A stretch of 64,000 nt of DNA, taken from an uncultured Gemmatimonadales bacterium (GTDB lineage: Bacteria > Gemmatimonadota > Gemmatimonadetes > Gemmatimonadales > Gemmatimonadaceae). The notes beneath the pieces were generated by a model that was given only the letters and a program-made list of their open reading frames with translations, searched no databases and was not told the origin of the DNA. The position numbers were made by a program, and so were the translations under genes. Shown in pieces: positions 39,349-49,654 of the stretch. The DNA is taken from NCBI GenBank assembly GCA_963850905.1, contig CAWKMU010000003.1, positions 1,760,001 to 1,824,000 on the forward strand, given 5' to 3'. The number at the start of each line of letters is the position of its first letter. Within the stretch, counting starts at the first letter, position 1.

Positions 39349-41295
39349 ATGACAGAGATTCGTTGGGGCCGGCGAGTTCGTCGCAGTGTGGTGACGGTGG
39401 TGTGTCTCGCTCTCCATCCGGCTCTCTACGCGCAACAGACCGCCTTGAGCAACGCGGACCTCGTCGGCGTGCGGTCGATCGTCGCCGGGATGGCGCCGCA
39501 GTGGTCGAGCGACGGCTCCCGCATCCTGTTTTCGACATCGCTCGGCGGCTCTGAATTGTGGACGGTACCGGCGACGGGCGGGTTCCCCAGCTCGATGCAA
39601 GTCGCGATGGGGGAGATCGCGTTTCTGCAAACCCATCAGCCTGCGTACTCACCGGACGGCAAGTGGCTGTCGTACATCTCCAATCGAAGCGGACCGGCCG
39701 AGCTCTACCTCAAATCGCTCGTGGATGGGCACGAGGTGACGCTCACCCACATGGGCGCGCGCATCAATTCCTACGCGTGGTCACCTGACAGCCGTCGCAT
39801 CGCATTCGCAGACGACAGGTTTGGCGGCTACGACATCTACGCCGCCGACGTCCCGACCGGAGTGGTCGTGCGCTTGACCGACGACCCTCGCTACGATGTG
39901 TTCCCGTCGTGGACGCCGGACAGCCGGCGCGTGGTCTACGTGCGGCTCGATGACCGATGGCTCGACCACGAGGTGCTCGTGGTCGACGCCGATGGCCGAT
40001 CATCCCCGCGCACCATCGTCACGGACACCGACTTCTTCGACTATGCCGCGGGCGGCGGGTTTGGGTATCCGCAAGTCTCACCGGACGGGTCGACGATCCT
40101 CTTCAAGTCACAGCGGAGCGGGTGGGTCAACTATTGGGTGGTCCCGATCCAGGGAGGGGCGCCACGGCAGATCGCGCCAGAGTCCGCGAACCAGAGCGGC
40201 GCACACTGGTCCCCCGATGGGAAATCGATCCTGTATCAGGCGCTGTGGAACGGGACGCAGGACCTGCGCATCGTGGCGGCTGTTGGTGGCGCGCCACGCG
40301 TCCTGGTCAAGCCCACGGACATGGGCTTCGTCAACAACGGGGTTTGGTCGCCTGACGGTGCGCACGTCGGTTTCACGATGGAGTCGCCATCGGCTGCCGC
40401 GGATCTGTTCGTGGTGGGCGCGGCCGGCGGGCAACCGGTGCAGCTCACGCATTCCGCGGGGCCGCAGTACATTGCCGCCGCGCTCCTCCGACCCAAGAAG
40501 ATCACGTATCCGTCAGCCGACGGCGTCAAGATTTCGGCCTACCTCTACGAGCCGCTGCTCGGAGCGGGCCAGAAAGCCCCGGGGATCCTGCTGATCCACG
40601 GCGGGCCGACGTCGTCGTGGAACGATACGTATCAGGTTCAGGCGCAGGCGTTGGCCATGCACGGCTACGCCGTGCTGCTCCCCAACATCCGCGGCAGCTC
40701 CGGCTACGGCAAGCCATTCGAGGATGCGAACAATGGGTGCTGGGGACGCTGCGACCTGAAGGATGTCGTTGCCGGCGTCGCCTACCTCAAGCAGCTCTCG
40801 TACATCGAGCCGTCGCGCATGGGCATCACGGGCACGAGTTACGGAGGCTGCATGACGCTCGCCGCCGCGGCGTTCGCCCCTGGCGTCTTTCAGGCTGGTA
40901 TCGCGCAGTCCGGTTACGGCGACTGGCTGCAGTTCTCCGAGGAGCAGGAGATGCGGCACATCAAGCTTCTCAACTACGAGCTCGGACCGCTTCCCCAGGC
41001 GGAGGCGCTCTATAAGTCCATCTCGCCGATCTATTACATCGACAGCATCCGAACGCCACTGTTTCTCGTGCACGGCGAAGGGAAACAGCTCCCCCGGTCG
41101 GTCGCCTCGCGCCTCTTCGTCGACCGTCTCGAGATGCACTACAAGCCGTTCAAGTACAAGACGTATCCCAACGAGAACTACTACATCCAGAGTCCCGACA
41201 ACGTCCGCGTGTTGTTGGGTGACATGCAGGACTACTTCGATCAGTACCTCAAGGACAGCGCGAAGGAACCGGACCGGCGGATTGCGAGGGACTAG
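39349..41295 (+). CDS. Second S9-like paralogue with atypical active site
   Basis: Signal peptide; propeller repeats; IHGGP, PNIRGSSGYG, GTSYGG; HGEG and YPNENYY. Collinear with 35120-37165. Confidence 0.85.
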   Translation: MTEIRWGRRVRRSVVTVVCLALHPALYAQQTALSNADLVGVRSIVAGMAPQWSSDGSRILFSTSLGGSELWTVPATGGFPSSMQVAMGEIAFLQTHQPAYSPDGKWLSYISNRSGPAELYLKSLVDGHEVTLTHMGARINSYAWSPDSRRIAFADDRFGGYDIYAADVPTGVVVRLTDDPRYDVFPSWTPDSRRVVYVRLDDRWLDHEVLVVDADGRSSPRTIVTDTDFFDYAAGGGFGYPQVSPDGSTILFKSQRSGWVNYWVVPIQGGAPRQIAPESANQSGAHWSPDGKSILYQALWNGTQDLRIVAAVGGAPRVLVKPTDMGFVNNGVWSPDGAHVGFTMESPSAAADLFVVGAAGGQPVQLTHSAGPQYIAAALLRPKKITYPSADGVKISAYLYEPLLGAGQKAPGILLIHGGPTSSWNDTYQVQAQALAMHGYAVLLPNIRGSSGYGKPFEDANNGCWGRCDLKDVVAGVAYLKQLSYIEPSRMGITGTSYGGCMTLAAAAFAPGVFQAGIAQSGYGDWLQFSEEQEMRHIKLLNYELGPLPQAEALYKSISPIYYIDSIRTPLFLVHGEGKQLPRSVASRLFVDRLEMHYKPFKYKTYPNENYYIQSPDNVRVLLGDMQDYFDQYLKDSAKEPDRRIARD

Positions 41296-41327
41296 GACCA
41301 GGGCCGATCACGTGCGTAAGCGCGAGC

Positions 41328-44280
41328 TCACGCCGTCGCTTCGATGGCGTCGTCCGCGACGAGGGCGTCGTCCGGAGCCTCGGCGGCGGCGATCGGAAGG
41401 CTCAGTGTGAACGTCGAGCCAGCCCCCGGAGTGCTGACGGCGGAGAGCTCCCCGCCCATCCCGCGCGCGAGATCGCGGCTGATCGCCAGGCCGAGTCCCG
41501 TCCCTTCTCGAGCCCGCGTCAGCGATGAGCTCAGCTGGATGAAGGGCTCGAAGATGGCGTGCAGCTTGCTCGCCGGTATCCCGACACCCGTGTCAGACAC
41601 CGAGATGTCGACCCGGTTGCCGTTCGCCTCGGAGGCGAGCCTGATGCGCCCGCCCGTCGGTGTGAACTTCAGCGCGTTGGAAAGCAGGTTGAGCAGAATC
41701 TGCTCGAGCTTCTCGGCGTCGGCGCTGACTCGCAGCGCCGAGTCTGGGGCAACGTACTCGTAGGTGAGTCCGCGCTCCGTCAGTTGTGGATGGATCATGG
41801 TATCCAGACCGGCGAGCATTTCGTGCACTCGAACGGGTCGGACGGCGTAGCTGAGTGTCCCGCTGCCAATCTTGACGAAGTTCAACATGTCGTTGATTCG
41901 TCCGAGCAGGAGGTTTTGCGCCCGCGCAATCCGCGCCAGGAATCGGCGCTGTTCTTCCACGACCGGACCCGCGAGCTGCATATCCAGGAGTTGGACATAG
42001 CCGGCGATGGCATTGAGCGGGGTCCGCAGTTCGTGGCTCATGCTTGCCAGGAAGTCGAGCTTGGCTTTGTTCGCTGCTTCCGCCGTCGTGCGGGCGTGGT
42101 CTGTCTCGCGATATAGCCACGCGTTGTCGATCGCGATCGCGGCACGGTCAGCGAGGTTTCGTGCGAGCGCAAGATCGTGCGTGTCGAAGTGGCGTCCCGA
42201 CTCCGTCACGGCGAACGTAAACGCCCCCAGCGGGCGCCCTCGCACGACCAGCGGCACGATCATGAACGACGAAAAGCCGAAGGCGCGGAGCTCGGCCAGG
42301 TGTGCCTCGTCGACCGCGCTCGCGACGAGCAATTCGCGCCGGACGACCGGCACGAAGCTGATCTCGCCCGTGCGTAGCACTTGGGCGAGCCCTCGTGATG
42401 CGTTCCAGTCGATCGGATGGCGCCGCCGGTAGGCCATCACGAGGGCGATCTCGGCGGGATCCTGATGCACGACCGCGAGTCGTGACAGGTGCGGAGGCCA
42501 GTCAGTCGCCTTGGGGTCGGTGACGATGTCGACCAGGCACAGGTCGGCGAGGGCTGGAACGGCCAGGCGCGCGACGTCACGGAGTGCAGCCTCCACGTCG
42601 AGCGATGCGGAGAGCAGCTTGCTCGCCTCAGCGAGAAACTCGCTGGCTGCCGCATCGCGCCTCGCGTCGGTAACGTCCGTCCAGACCGCCGTGACGCCGC
42701 CATCGCGTGTGGGATAGGCTCGGATCGCCAGCCACCGCCCCTTGCCAGTGGACTCGAAGCTGACGGTCATTCTGATCGTGCATTGCCCGCTGCATCTCGT
42801 GCTCGAGTGTCGTCCCGCGAAGCTCAGGGAACATCTCCCACACGATTTGCCCCTCGAGGGGGTCGGCGGCACCCTGCTGGCGGAACTGCTCGGCCGCCCG
42901 CTGATTGATGAAGGTCACGCGCCAGTCGCGATCGTACACCACCAGCGCATTGGTGATGCTCTCGACGATGTCCCCGAGGGCGCGCCGCGCGGTATCCGCT
43001 TCGCGGGCCGACCGTTGCAGTTCGGCGTTCGACTGGTCCAGTTCCTCAGAGAGCGACTGGGCCTCCTCGAACTGCTCCTCCAGCTCGTCGGCGAGGGCCT
43101 GGGCTTGCCGTGTCTGCTCCTCGAGCTCGGACGTCCGGGCCTGCAGCTGATCGGCCGTCGCGACGGCCTCGGTGCGGGCTGCTTCTGCGCTCAGCAGCGA
43201 CTCGCGAACGCGGGTCGACATCCGCCGGAATGCATCACCCAGTCGCGCAATCTCGTCACCGCTCTCCGACGAGTTGGGCGTGGCATGTGGCGCCGCGATC
43301 CGCTCGGCGGCCCCGGTGAGTGTGACGATCGGTGACGTGATGCGCCGACTCATCGCCCAGGCAGCGCTCGCGCCAACGAGCATGATGAGTGCCGCCAGTG
43401 TCGCCAGTTCGACGAGGAGCAGACGCATTGGTGCGAGCGCGGCCGACAGGGCTTGGCCGGTCCAGAGGAACCAGGGAGTTCCGGGGATCGCTGCCAGGAC
43501 GCCGATGACTTGGTCGCCATCCGGCCCGCGGACAATCGCAGGCTTCATGAGGGGCGTCAGCGGGGGTGCCGACCGTCGGTGCGTGAGATCCGTCCACACT
43601 CCGTCGCTGGGTGAGCCCATCAACATCACGGCGTGCGCACCGATCAGCTCGCGGACGGCTTGCGCCCCCTCGCCCGAGAGGAGACGCGAGTCCGTCACAT
43701 ACCCGACCACTCGGGCGCCGCGGGCTTGGCTGCTGGCGCCCGTCACACCCGTATCCACGACGGCCACCTGCGTCTGGGAATACGTCGAGTCGCCAACCGC
43801 GTGCAGCGGCCCAACCACCGGACGCGTGGTTCCCGTCACGAGGTGGGCGGCCCAGTCCGATGACGGAGCGACCGGCCCGGTGAGCGTGTCGAGTACCACG
43901 GTGCCGTCGGGCCTTCGGAGCTCAACGCGCGCCTGCTGGCTCTGGCCTGGAATCATCAGAGATCCGAGCGCCTGACGCGCTGCATCGCGCCCTTTGTTGG
44001 TCTCCAGGAATTCGGCGAGCGCCGGTTTGGACGCTATTACGTTGCCCAGGTGCGCAGCGTATTGGTCCATTTGCTGCGCCAGCATCGCATCGATCGTCAG
44101 CGACGCGCTCTGGAGTCGCTGGTCCGCGGTCATCACGAGCACGTGACGGACGCGTTGATACGCGGCCCACGCGAAGACCACGACCGTGACCAACAACAAC
44201 CCGGAGATCAGAAGGGGTAGCTGCCGCTCGATCGATTCCCAGCGTGAGGTTACGCGGCTCAACAGACCATGGCTCGACAT
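41328..44280 (-). CDS. Membrane sensor histidine kinase (periplasmic sensor-HAMP-PAS-GAF-HisKA-HATPase; apparent +1 frameshift near 42771)
   Basis: Two TMs; DEIARLGDAF (HAMP); YDRDWRVTFIN (PAS); LADRAAIAIDNA (GAF); SHELRTPL, NLLSNALKFT, DTGVGI, GTGLGL. Confidence 0.9.
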
Positions 44281-44528
44281 CCGCGGGAAAACTAGTGGGC
44301 GCAGGCGTCGCGGGTCAGGGTGACCGGGCCTTAGCGACCCGCGACTGCCGGTCGCCGAACCGCCCGTTCGTTTGTTTCCTTTCGCGCGTCCGCCGATGTC
44401 CTGAAGGCGAGAGAGGCCACACGCGTTGCTGGGGGCCGCTGCCTTGCAGCGAGCCCCCAGTCACATTCGTGCGTGCTAAGAATTTGCCGTGGACGTGGCC
44501 CGTCGAAGTGGCGGGCGGGCGGTGCTCC

Positions 44529-45269
44529 TTATTGCGGTCGCGCCGCGCCGGGAACTCCGCCAGGCATGGCGCCGCCCATGGGCATTCGCATCTTCGTATA
44601 ATCGGCCGGGACCTTGAAGAGAGAGTCGTTCGGCTTCGACGGGTCGATGCTGGTGACCTGCATCAGGAGCTTCATCGGCGCGCCGTTGTCGCTCTCGGAC
44701 ACTTTGAGAATCGCTTTTCCCTTGAACTGGGCGAGAACCGCGGCCGCTTGCGGATTGTTACTCCACACGCGAGCCATCGGATTGCGGGAGCCCATTGAGG
44801 TCGGGGTGAACATGCCGACGCCCGACGAAGCGGCGCACAGCTGGATCTGCCCAGGTTTGCCGTTGGCGCCCACTCCGCTGATGGTGTAATCCGTGCACTG
44901 TTGACCGGCGACCGTTTCGGTGCCGCCCGGGGTGACGGAGATCTGGGTCGGTCCCTGTTTCTTTTGCAGCGAGTCTCCCATTGCGGCCAGCCGGTCTCCC
45001 GAAGACTGCATGTACATCTTCTGCGCGGGTATCATCGTCGTCATGGTCCCCGTCTCCGCGTCGATGATCATTGCCATGTTTCCGGGCATCCCACCTTGCG
45101 AGGGCACCTCGATGCGGACGCGATTCCCCTGAATGTGCTGCACCATGGTCATGCCGTTGGCCATTTGGACGGTCACAGTCCCGTCGCTCTGTGCTCCTAC
45201 TTTCGCGCCGGCCGACAGGGCGATCGCGAGCCCACTACCAAGCAGCACCACTGGCATCCGTGTACGCAT
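44529..45269 (-). CDS. Secreted DUF4412-like protein
   Basis: AGGGAG RBS; signal peptide; RVRIE, P.QKMY, GTETVAG..C..Y, SLFKVPADY. Confidence 0.65.
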   Translation of the reverse strand: MRTRMPVVLLGSGLAIALSAGAKVGAQSDGTVTVQMANGMTMVQHIQGNRVRIEVPSQGGMPGNMAMIIDAETGTMTTMIPAQKMYMQSSGDRLAAMGDSLQKKQGPTQISVTPGGTETVAGQQCTDYTISGVGANGKPGQIQLCAASSGVGMFTPTSMGSRNPMARVWSNNPQAAAVLAQFKGKAILKVSESDNGAPMKLLMQVTSIDPSKPNDSLFKVPADYTKMRMPMGGAMPGGVPGAARPQ

Positions 45270-45442
45270 TGTCACTCCCTATTGGCAAGTGGAGACTTCG
45301 CCTATCGCTGACCGGCGGGGCGAACGGCTGGCGCCGTTCCGAAAGAAAGAGAATGAGTATCGCGACTCGGTCGTTTCGTCCAATACGTCGTGCCGAAGCG
45401 GCCGATAGGCTGTTGCTATGACTGTACTGCGGAAAACTCCGT

Positions 45443-45949
45443 CTAGCTCCCAGCAGTCGGGGTTGGCCGGCGCCGCAGCGCAACGTTCAGGAGTCCGGCT
45501 GCCACCCCGGCCGCCACGGCGACCCACGCATTCTGAATGGTCGTGAGCCAGCTCAGGGCCCAGACATTGTCCAGCGAGTAGGTGCCGAAGCCGACGAAGG
45601 CGAAGAGGACCGCGAGGCAGAAATATAGGAGCGGAACCTCGATACCGTTCTTCGACACGAAGAAGCCGTTCTTCAGATGCACGGTGATGGCGGCCACGAC
45701 CATGACGCAAATCATGAGTGCGGGGCCGAATGGGCCGCCCAGCCCGAGGGCGACGAGCAGGCCTCCGACGAATTCGCCCAACCCGGCGAAGAGTGCGAAC
45801 AATGGCCCCGGCTGAAAGCCCAGCGCGGCAAAGAAGCCACCCGTGCCCTGGAGTCCATGGCCACCGAACCAACCGAAGAGCTTCTGCGCGCCGTGACTGG
45901 CGAATCCGAGTCCTACAAGCAGGCGAATGACGAGGAGTGCGATGTCCAC
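45443..45949 (-). CDS. DoxX-family membrane protein
   Basis: HGAQKLFGWFGG.GL.GT, EFVGG, VH..NGFF....G.E, G.G.YSLD; GTG start inferred. Confidence 0.88.
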   Translation of the reverse strand: MDIALLVIRLLVGLGFASHGAQKLFGWFGGHGLQGTGGFFAALGFQPGPLFALFAGLGEFVGGLLVALGLGGPFGPALMICVMVVAAITVHLKNGFFVSKNGIEVPLLYFCLAVLFAFVGFGTYSLDNVWALSWLTTIQNAWVAVAAGVAAGLLNVALRRRPTPTAGS

Positions 45950-46098
45950 GGGCGGCGGGTTAGAGCGGGTGGCGCTCGCCAACAGTCGAGGTGGCTGGAG
46001 CAGATTTCGTGGCCACCCGACGATGCGCCCTCCCCAACCGAAAGGCAAGGGAGGGGAAAGGCGTTGGGCGACGCGAGCGTCGCCCCGTGCGTACGATC

Positions 46099-46437
46099 TC
46101 AGTCCTCGGCTGTTCCGGCCAACAGCATGCTGCCGAGCGCACCAACGAGGGCGCCCACGGCAAACGCAACAACCACCGCGGGTACCGGTCGCTCGCGTGT
46201 CAGGCGTGAGATTGGATCCGACCCGGCATTGCGGCGCAGCGTTGCCGCCGCGTTCTCCAGTTGCTCGGCGAGTGAGACCTGCGAGGAGCCGAAGCGACTG
46301 CGTGCGGCATCAACCGCGTCATGAGCGGCATCGAGCACGTCGGAGCCGCGGTCGCGGGCATCATTCAGCACCTGCTTGACCGAATCGGCCGCATCGTTGA
46401 ATCGGTCTGTCACTTGTTCGCGCCTGTGTGAGATCAT
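46099..46437 (-). CDS. Small tail-anchored protein, YqjD/ElaB (DUF883)-like
   Basis: GGGGAGG RBS; amphipathic helix, then RERPV.AVVVAFAVGALVG. Confidence 0.55.
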   Translation of the reverse strand: MISHRREQVTDRFNDAADSVKQVLNDARDRGSDVLDAAHDAVDAARSRFGSSQVSLAEQLENAAATLRRNAGSDPISRLTRERPVPAVVVAFAVGALVGALGSMLLAGTAED

Positions 46438-46457
46438 GTGGACCTCCCCTCGCCTCG

Positions 46458-46871
46458 TTAAGAGTGTGGCCGGCGCCCGATCTTCGTCGCCGACGGTCGA
46501 ACTTCCGTTGATGACCGATGCACATTGTCGAGCGCGTGCAGCTGTTGGGCGAGCATGCGCGCCGTGCCGGGGAGCGCAAACGTCGCCGATGCGCTGGGTC
46601 CCGCAATGGTCTGCAGCTCGTCGTCGAACAACCGTCCCGAAAATGCGATGACCGGCACACCGGCCGACTGGAGCGTCCGTGCTATCTCGACCTCTCCGGT
46701 ATCCATGTGCTCGATGTCGACGAGCGCGATTGTGGCCCCGGTGTGACGGACACGCTGCGTGATCGCCTCATCGTCGGTCGCGAACACCGCGCGATGCCCC
46801 GCTGCAGTCACGAACTCGCCGATCAGGTCTCCCACGGCGGTATCCCGCGGAACGATCATTACCGTGGCCAC
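46458..46871 (-). CDS. Stand-alone atypical receiver-domain protein
   Basis: CheY-like beta/alpha pattern (VMIV, GHRAV, ALVDI, PVIAFSG); acidic pocket and Lys are degenerate. Confidence 0.65.
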   Translation of the reverse strand: MATVMIVPRDTAVGDLIGEFVTAAGHRAVFATDDEAITQRVRHTGATIALVDIEHMDTGEVEIARTLQSAGVPVIAFSGRLFDDELQTIAGPSASATFALPGTARMLAQQLHALDNVHRSSTEVRPSATKIGRRPHS

Positions 46872-47067
46872 AAAATGTTCCCTCCAGCTGCGTGCGCAGT
46901 CGTTGAAGTCGCGTCTGCAGAACCCACGCCAGTACGGTTCACGTGGGCTGGAGTGTGTTCGGCGATTGTGTGTCAGGCGCCGTGCTCATCCTGCGACCGG
47001 GGCCACGGACGCCGCCCGGCCAGACGCTGGGCGGCGAGAGCCGTACCGCTAAGTCCGCCGACGTTCG

Positions 47068-48855
47068 CTAGTAGCCCTCGGCCTTGCCCTGAACCCGCGG
47101 GTCGGCCATGCCCTCGACGCCAGTTGTCGTTCGTTCGATCGAGGCGCCGACCGCCAGGTGTCCACTTGGCTTGACGGCCTGATGCATCGCCTCGAGGGCC
47201 GTGAGCACGTCCTCGCGCAGACCGTTTCGCTCGTACAGGAGGGTGTCCGGCAGATGCTGATGGTGCACGCGCGGCGCGCTCACCGCCGCGTTGATCGGCA
47301 TGTCGTAGTCGACGACGTTCGAGATGACTTGAAAGACGGCGGTGATGATGCGGCCACTGCCGCTCGCCCCGGTGACGATGAAGGGCATCCCATCGCGGCC
47401 CTGCACAATCGTCGGTGTCATCGACGAGAGCATCCGCTTGCCCGGCGCTATCGCGTTGGCCTCGCCCTGCACCAGGCCCGCACTGTTCGGCACACCGGGC
47501 TGCGCGGTGAAATCATCCATCTCGTCGTTCAGCAGGAAACCTGCACCCGCGACCGTCGAGGCCGAGCCATAGCCGGCGTTGATCGTCGTCGTGATGCCGA
47601 CCGCATTCCCCTGTCCGTCGACGACAGAGAAGTGCGTGGTGTGCTGACCCTCGGCGGCCAGGCCGGTCGGGAACGACACGGCGGACGACGGCGTCGCACT
47701 GTCCGGCCGGATGCTCGCGGCGAGGGAGTCGGCGAACTCTTGCGACAGGAGATGCTCCGTCGGAATCGAGATCGCATCCGGATCGCCGAGGAAATGATTG
47801 CGTACGGCGAAGGCCCGCCGCATCACCTCGGTAAGCAGGTGGATTTCGGCGGCCGAATGCCAGCCCATTGCATGCATGTCCCGGCCGGCGAGCATGTGCG
47901 CCATGAGTGCGATCGTCATCCCGCCCGACGACGGCGGTGGCATTGAGATGACGTGCAGGCCTCGATAGTCGAAGGTGATCGGCGTGCGCCACTTGGCCCG
48001 ATAGGCGGCGAGATCGGCCAGCGTGATGATGCCGTGGCCGCGCCGCATTTCGGCCACGATGGCCTGCGCCGTCTTGCCCGCGTAAAAGCCTGCTGGTCCT
48101 TGCGTTGCGATGCGGCGGAGTACCGTCGCGAGCGCCGGGTTGCGCCATCGGTCGCCGACGTTGACTGAGTGGCCGTGCGGCAGGAAAAGCGCCGCGCTCG
48201 CGGGGAACTTGGACAGCCGGGCACTGTCATAGTGCGTACCACGGGCGAACTCGGAATCGGCGACGAATCCGCTGTCCGCGAGCTTGATCGCCGGGGCCAG
48301 GAGCTCCGCCCACGGACGGGAACCGAATTTGTGATGGGCTTCCCAGAGGCCGGCGACGGATCCCGGCACGCCCGCAGCGAGGTCGCCGGTAACGGATCGG
48401 TCATCCGGCTTGCCGTCGGGACCCAGGTACATGTCTCGGGTCGCGGCCTTGGGAGCGGCCTCGCGGAAGTCGAGTGCGACCGGGGGACTGCCAGCCATCT
48501 GCGCGACCATGAACCCGCCGCCCCCGATGTTGCCCGCCGCAGGCCACACGACTGCGAGCGCGAAGGCTGTCGCGACCGCGGCGTCGACGGCATTGCCGCC
48601 GTTGCGCAGGACCTCGGCGCCGACGTGCGTGGCGAGCGGTGCGTCGGTGGCGACCATGCCATGCGCCGCCGTGACCGCAGGCGCGTCGACCGACAGCGGC
48701 CACGTTGCTGGGATGGCGTCCCGGTAGGACGGTGGATTGCCGGCCGCCCGAGCATCGCCATGGCCGGCGCAGCCCGATGCAACGGTAGAAATCAGCAGGG
48801 AAATACCGGACACGACGGCGGGCCCTAGAGGGCGATACTGGCGTGTTGTGCGCAT
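47068..48855 (-). CDS. ggt: Gamma-glutamyltransferase (probable lipoprotein)
   Basis: GGNAVDAAVA, GNIGGGGF, DFRE.AP, PPPSSGG, nucleophile TTHFSVVD, LNDEMDDF, KRMLSSMTP. Confidence 0.94.
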   Translation of the reverse strand: MRTTRQYRPLGPAVVSGISLLISTVASGCAGHGDARAAGNPPSYRDAIPATWPLSVDAPAVTAAHGMVATDAPLATHVGAEVLRNGGNAVDAAVATAFALAVVWPAAGNIGGGGFMVAQMAGSPPVALDFREAAPKAATRDMYLGPDGKPDDRSVTGDLAAGVPGSVAGLWEAHHKFGSRPWAELLAPAIKLADSGFVADSEFARGTHYDSARLSKFPASAALFLPHGHSVNVGDRWRNPALATVLRRIATQGPAGFYAGKTAQAIVAEMRRGHGIITLADLAAYRAKWRTPITFDYRGLHVISMPPPSSGGMTIALMAHMLAGRDMHAMGWHSAAEIHLLTEVMRRAFAVRNHFLGDPDAISIPTEHLLSQEFADSLAASIRPDSATPSSAVSFPTGLAAEGQHTTHFSVVDGQGNAVGITTTINAGYGSASTVAGAGFLLNDEMDDFTAQPGVPNSAGLVQGEANAIAPGKRMLSSMTPTIVQGRDGMPFIVTGASGSGRIITAVFQVISNVVDYDMPINAAVSAPRVHHQHLPDTLLYERNGLREDVLTALEAMHQAVKPSGHLAVGASIERTTTGVEGMADPRVQGKAEGY

Positions 48856-48903
48856 GGGATGCACGATACTGAGGCGGACGGACGAGCGCCATAGAGGGCA
48901 GGC

Positions 48904-49491
48904 ATGGTTCCACGACGCAAGACGGCGAAGACGATCGGACACGACACGCGCGCGGCGTTGCGCGTCGCGCCCGAACGCGGTGTACTCGACACCGCGGCAT
49001 TCGAGCAGATGGTGTTGACACATGCGCAGCCGCTCACGGCGTTTGCGTGGCGCTATGTGCAGTCCAATGCCGTGGCGGTCGATGTCGTGCAGGACGTGTT
49101 CGCGCAGGTATGGGAACGGCGCGCGGACCTCGACGTGCGGACCAACCTGCGCGCGTACCTCTTCGCCGCGACTCGGAACCGCGCGTTGAACGCGCTGGCG
49201 CACGCGCGAATCGAGGCGCATTGGCGGCAACGGGCAGTGCAGGGGGAGGTTGAGCGAACGGCGCCCGATGCAAGCGAACTGGCGGAGCGGACGGAGTTGA
49301 GTGCTGCCGTTGCTGCGGCGCTCCGGTCGCTGCCGCCACGCGCACAGGAGATTGCGCGGCTCAGATGGATCGATCACCTGAGCCGGCACGAGATCGCAGA
49401 GGTGCTGGGCGTCGCCGTCCCGACCGTGAGCGTGCACCTCACCCGAACGGTCAAGCGGCTGCGTGGGCTGTTGCGCCGATTTGCACCGTAG
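48904..49491 (+). CDS. ECF sigma factor (FecI/Bacteroides-expansion type)
   Basis: DVVQDVFAQVWERR, LRAYLF.ATRNRALN, LPPR.QEI, EIAEVLGV...TV..HL. Confidence 0.88.
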   Translation: MVPRRKTAKTIGHDTRAALRVAPERGVLDTAAFEQMVLTHAQPLTAFAWRYVQSNAVAVDVVQDVFAQVWERRADLDVRTNLRAYLFAATRNRALNALAHARIEAHWRQRAVQGEVERTAPDASELAERTELSAAVAAALRSLPPRAQEIARLRWIDHLSRHEIAEVLGVAVPTVSVHLTRTVKRLRGLLRRFAP

Positions 49492-49654
49492 ACCTTGATC
49501 TAATTCTCGCGGGCGTACGGCCGAGCATACGATGTGCAACGGGCGGAGGGCGACGCGATGCGTCGCCCTACCTGTTCGAGGCCGGTCTGTTACGCGCCGC
49601 GCCGTCCGGCCGATACCGCGCGTCGCTCTTACCGGTCCGAGGCGGGGTTGGTTG

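Noticed and set aside
47068..49539. 823-aa GGT as given in the ORF track
   Set aside because: The first ~228 codons overlap the opposite-strand ECF sigma gene. The signal peptide and lipobox begin at the ATG at 48855.
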